IMG/VR virus record: IMGVR_UViG_3300002026_000057
Length of the DNA: 64,000 nt
Origin: a virus
Lineage: Duplodnaviria > Heunggongvirae > Uroviricota > Caudoviricetes
Direction: 5' to 3' (one strand)
Below, one piece after another: positions 62,454 through 64,000 of the stretch; positions within the stretch are counted from its first letter, which is position 1; every line of letters starts with the position of its first letter. The notes under the pieces were generated by a model. That model saw nothing but the letters and a program-made list of their open reading frames with translations. It did not search any database and was not told where the DNA came from. Position numbers and translations under genes: made by a program.

Positions 62454-63881
62454 TTACAATACAACTTTTTCTTTATCCCATTTTAATGTTTCATACATCA
62501 TCATTTTTTTGGTTAAAATCTCAACGACCTCTTTGAAGTGGTCTGGAATTGGAGTGTTAGCCTTTCCATATGCTTGATGGAGTTTACCTCTTTGGTACTG
62601 AAGGTCAACAGTATGCTTACCATCTGTAAGTGAAATGTAAATATAAATTGACCCGTGGATAAATTGTTGAGCCATACAGTTTTTCATCCTATGACCCTCA
62701 TAACAAAAATCACGATCACTTAAAAGAACTTTTGGAAAAAATCGTTTTTTAATTGGTAGTTGTATGTTATCAATGACTTCTTGAGGAATTTTATATTTCA
62801 TCATATACCCAATTCGATGATAAGTTTTTAAAATTTCCCAATACGGTAATAATAATTCAACTTCATCCGGTGTTCTTAATTGAGATAATTTTAAATCTGT
62901 AAACCCATTTTCTTCCAAAAATTCACGAACCTCTATGAGTTTATATAGTGAAAGTAAAAGATTGTCAACCCTTGGAGTATCCCTATCTGCCGATTCATTA
63001 AGTTTTGTATACTCATTAAAAATATGTATTAAGGTGTTCTTTTCACTATCGTTTTTACATTTGTGCCTTTTAGTTTTATTAAATGACTTATTGGCGATTA
63101 ACTTCCAATTAAATTTTTTAATATATTCCACGTAGTTCTCACCAAATAACCCACACATGTATGCAACAGCTTTAATGTTAAGTTCAGTTCCGGTGGCAAT
63201 ATGAATTGGATCTTCTCTCTTTGATAATTCTTTAATCAGGTATTTTGATTTAATTCCATATTCATCCAAAATAGAGGGGAGGAATTTATCATCATTTAAT
63301 TTTAACCATTTTTTCTTAGGATAAATTAATTGAATATCAACATACACATTATCGTGACCCTTAATCTGTTTTTTAAATAAATGATAATCAACAATAAGGT
63401 CGAACAATTTATTTATTACAGGTTTATAATATGTTTTATTTTTTAAATAAGGATCCGTTATTTCCTTTTGTAAAACCCGTTTAATTTCATCAAAAAATTC
63501 AGTTGTTTTTCTTTCATATTTTATACCCCAGAAATCTTTTCTTTTTTCACCGCGATAAAAACCCATATGGGTCAATTCATTTAATTTTTCAAAATCACCT
63601 CGTTTTATCCATGAATTGGATTGTGGTTTTCTTTTAGCTCGTATTTTGTTGATGATTTCATAAGTTATTAAAAACTCACCGTTTTCTCTGTTCAGATATA
63701 GTTCATGCTTAAATGTGACACCATCCGATTCTTCCCCTTTTTGAAAATCCATATAGAACAACCCTCTATATATTATGCTATCCTTCTCTATTTCAAGGGA
63801 TAAATCCGCTGTTGAATTTAATTTCTTACCTGCATTAAATTTTTCTTGAAAGTACTGCATAAAAAATCCGACTATATACAT
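62454..63881 (-). CDS. hypothetical protein (475 aa)
   Basis: Long ORF. Confidence 0.55.
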   Translation of the reverse strand: MYIVGFFMQYFQEKFNAGKKLNSTADLSLEIEKDSIIYRGLFYMDFQKGEESDGVTFKHELYLNRENGEFLITYEIINKIRAKRKPQSNSWIKRGDFEKLNELTHMGFYRGEKRKDFWGIKYERKTTEFFDEIKRVLQKEITDPYLKNKTYYKPVINKLFDLIVDYHLFKKQIKGHDNVYVDIQLIYPKKKWLKLNDDKFLPSILDEYGIKSKYLIKELSKREDPIHIATGTELNIKAVAYMCGLFGENYVEYIKKFNWKLIANKSFNKTKRHKCKNDSEKNTLIHIFNEYTKLNESADRDTPRVDNLLLSLYKLIEVREFLEENGFTDLKLSQLRTPDEVELLLPYWEILKTYHRIGYMMKYKIPQEVIDNIQLPIKKRFFPKVLLSDRDFCYEGHRMKNCMAQQFIHGSIYIYISLTDGKHTVDLQYQRGKLHQAYGKANTPIPDHFKEVVEILTKKMMMYETLKWDKEKVVL

Positions 63882-63900
63882 AAATATAGTCGGATTTTTT
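63861..63900. terminator. bidirectional terminator A6-CCGACTATAT-ACATAA-ATATAGTCGG-T6
   Basis: 10-bp perfect stem with A- and T-runs. Confidence 0.6.
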
Positions 63901-64000
63901 CATTTAATGTAGCTTATTAATAATTTGGCCACCTCCGAGGTGGATCTCGGTTTATATTAATGACAGGTGCGTAGTTCATAAAATCAGCAAATAAATCTTC

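Overview
AT-rich window (~30-33% GC) that reads as part of a large virulent-type bacteriophage genome, probably from a Bacteroidota host. Host evidence: TAnnTTTG-type -7 promoter motifs, an L-I-S-C lipobox, and Bacteroidota-style signal peptides. Genes are tightly packed and almost all on the minus strand, separated by many GC-rich hairpin terminators with A/T runs. Phage hallmarks include a GIY-YIG homing endonuclease, a Dda/RecD-like helicase, an ATP-dependent DNA ligase, an RNA-ligase-like enzyme, an amidase_2 endolysin, a DnaQ-like exonuclease and two DNA methyltransferases. No capsid or terminase genes fall in this window. A plus-strand island (38975-49364) holds a membrane protein, a papain-like peptidase, an ART-like protein and an array of ~27 tRNA/tRNA-like genes interspersed with morons. 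Unusual content: (1) many tRNAs carry expanded variable regions on normally type-I identities, often beside a canonical copy, and some look degenerate or possibly permuted; (2) a separate minus-strand tRNA has an apparent UUA anticodon, which would read the UAA ochre stop codon; (3) four proteins share an N-terminal I/L-TE-x-QL motif, and three of them carry an HGS/T...GIYF core reminiscent of ADP-ribosyltransferases; (4) a complete sulfonate/nitrate-type ABC importer whose binding protein carries an OmpA domain; (5) a triple-PAS protein, a peptide deformylase fused to a SEC-C motif, an SPFH lipoprotein and an RNA-repair-like gene set; (6) ORF-free, GC-richer islands that may be ncRNAs. All tRNA folds were drawn by eye and should be confirmed with tRNAscan-SE/ARAGORN.
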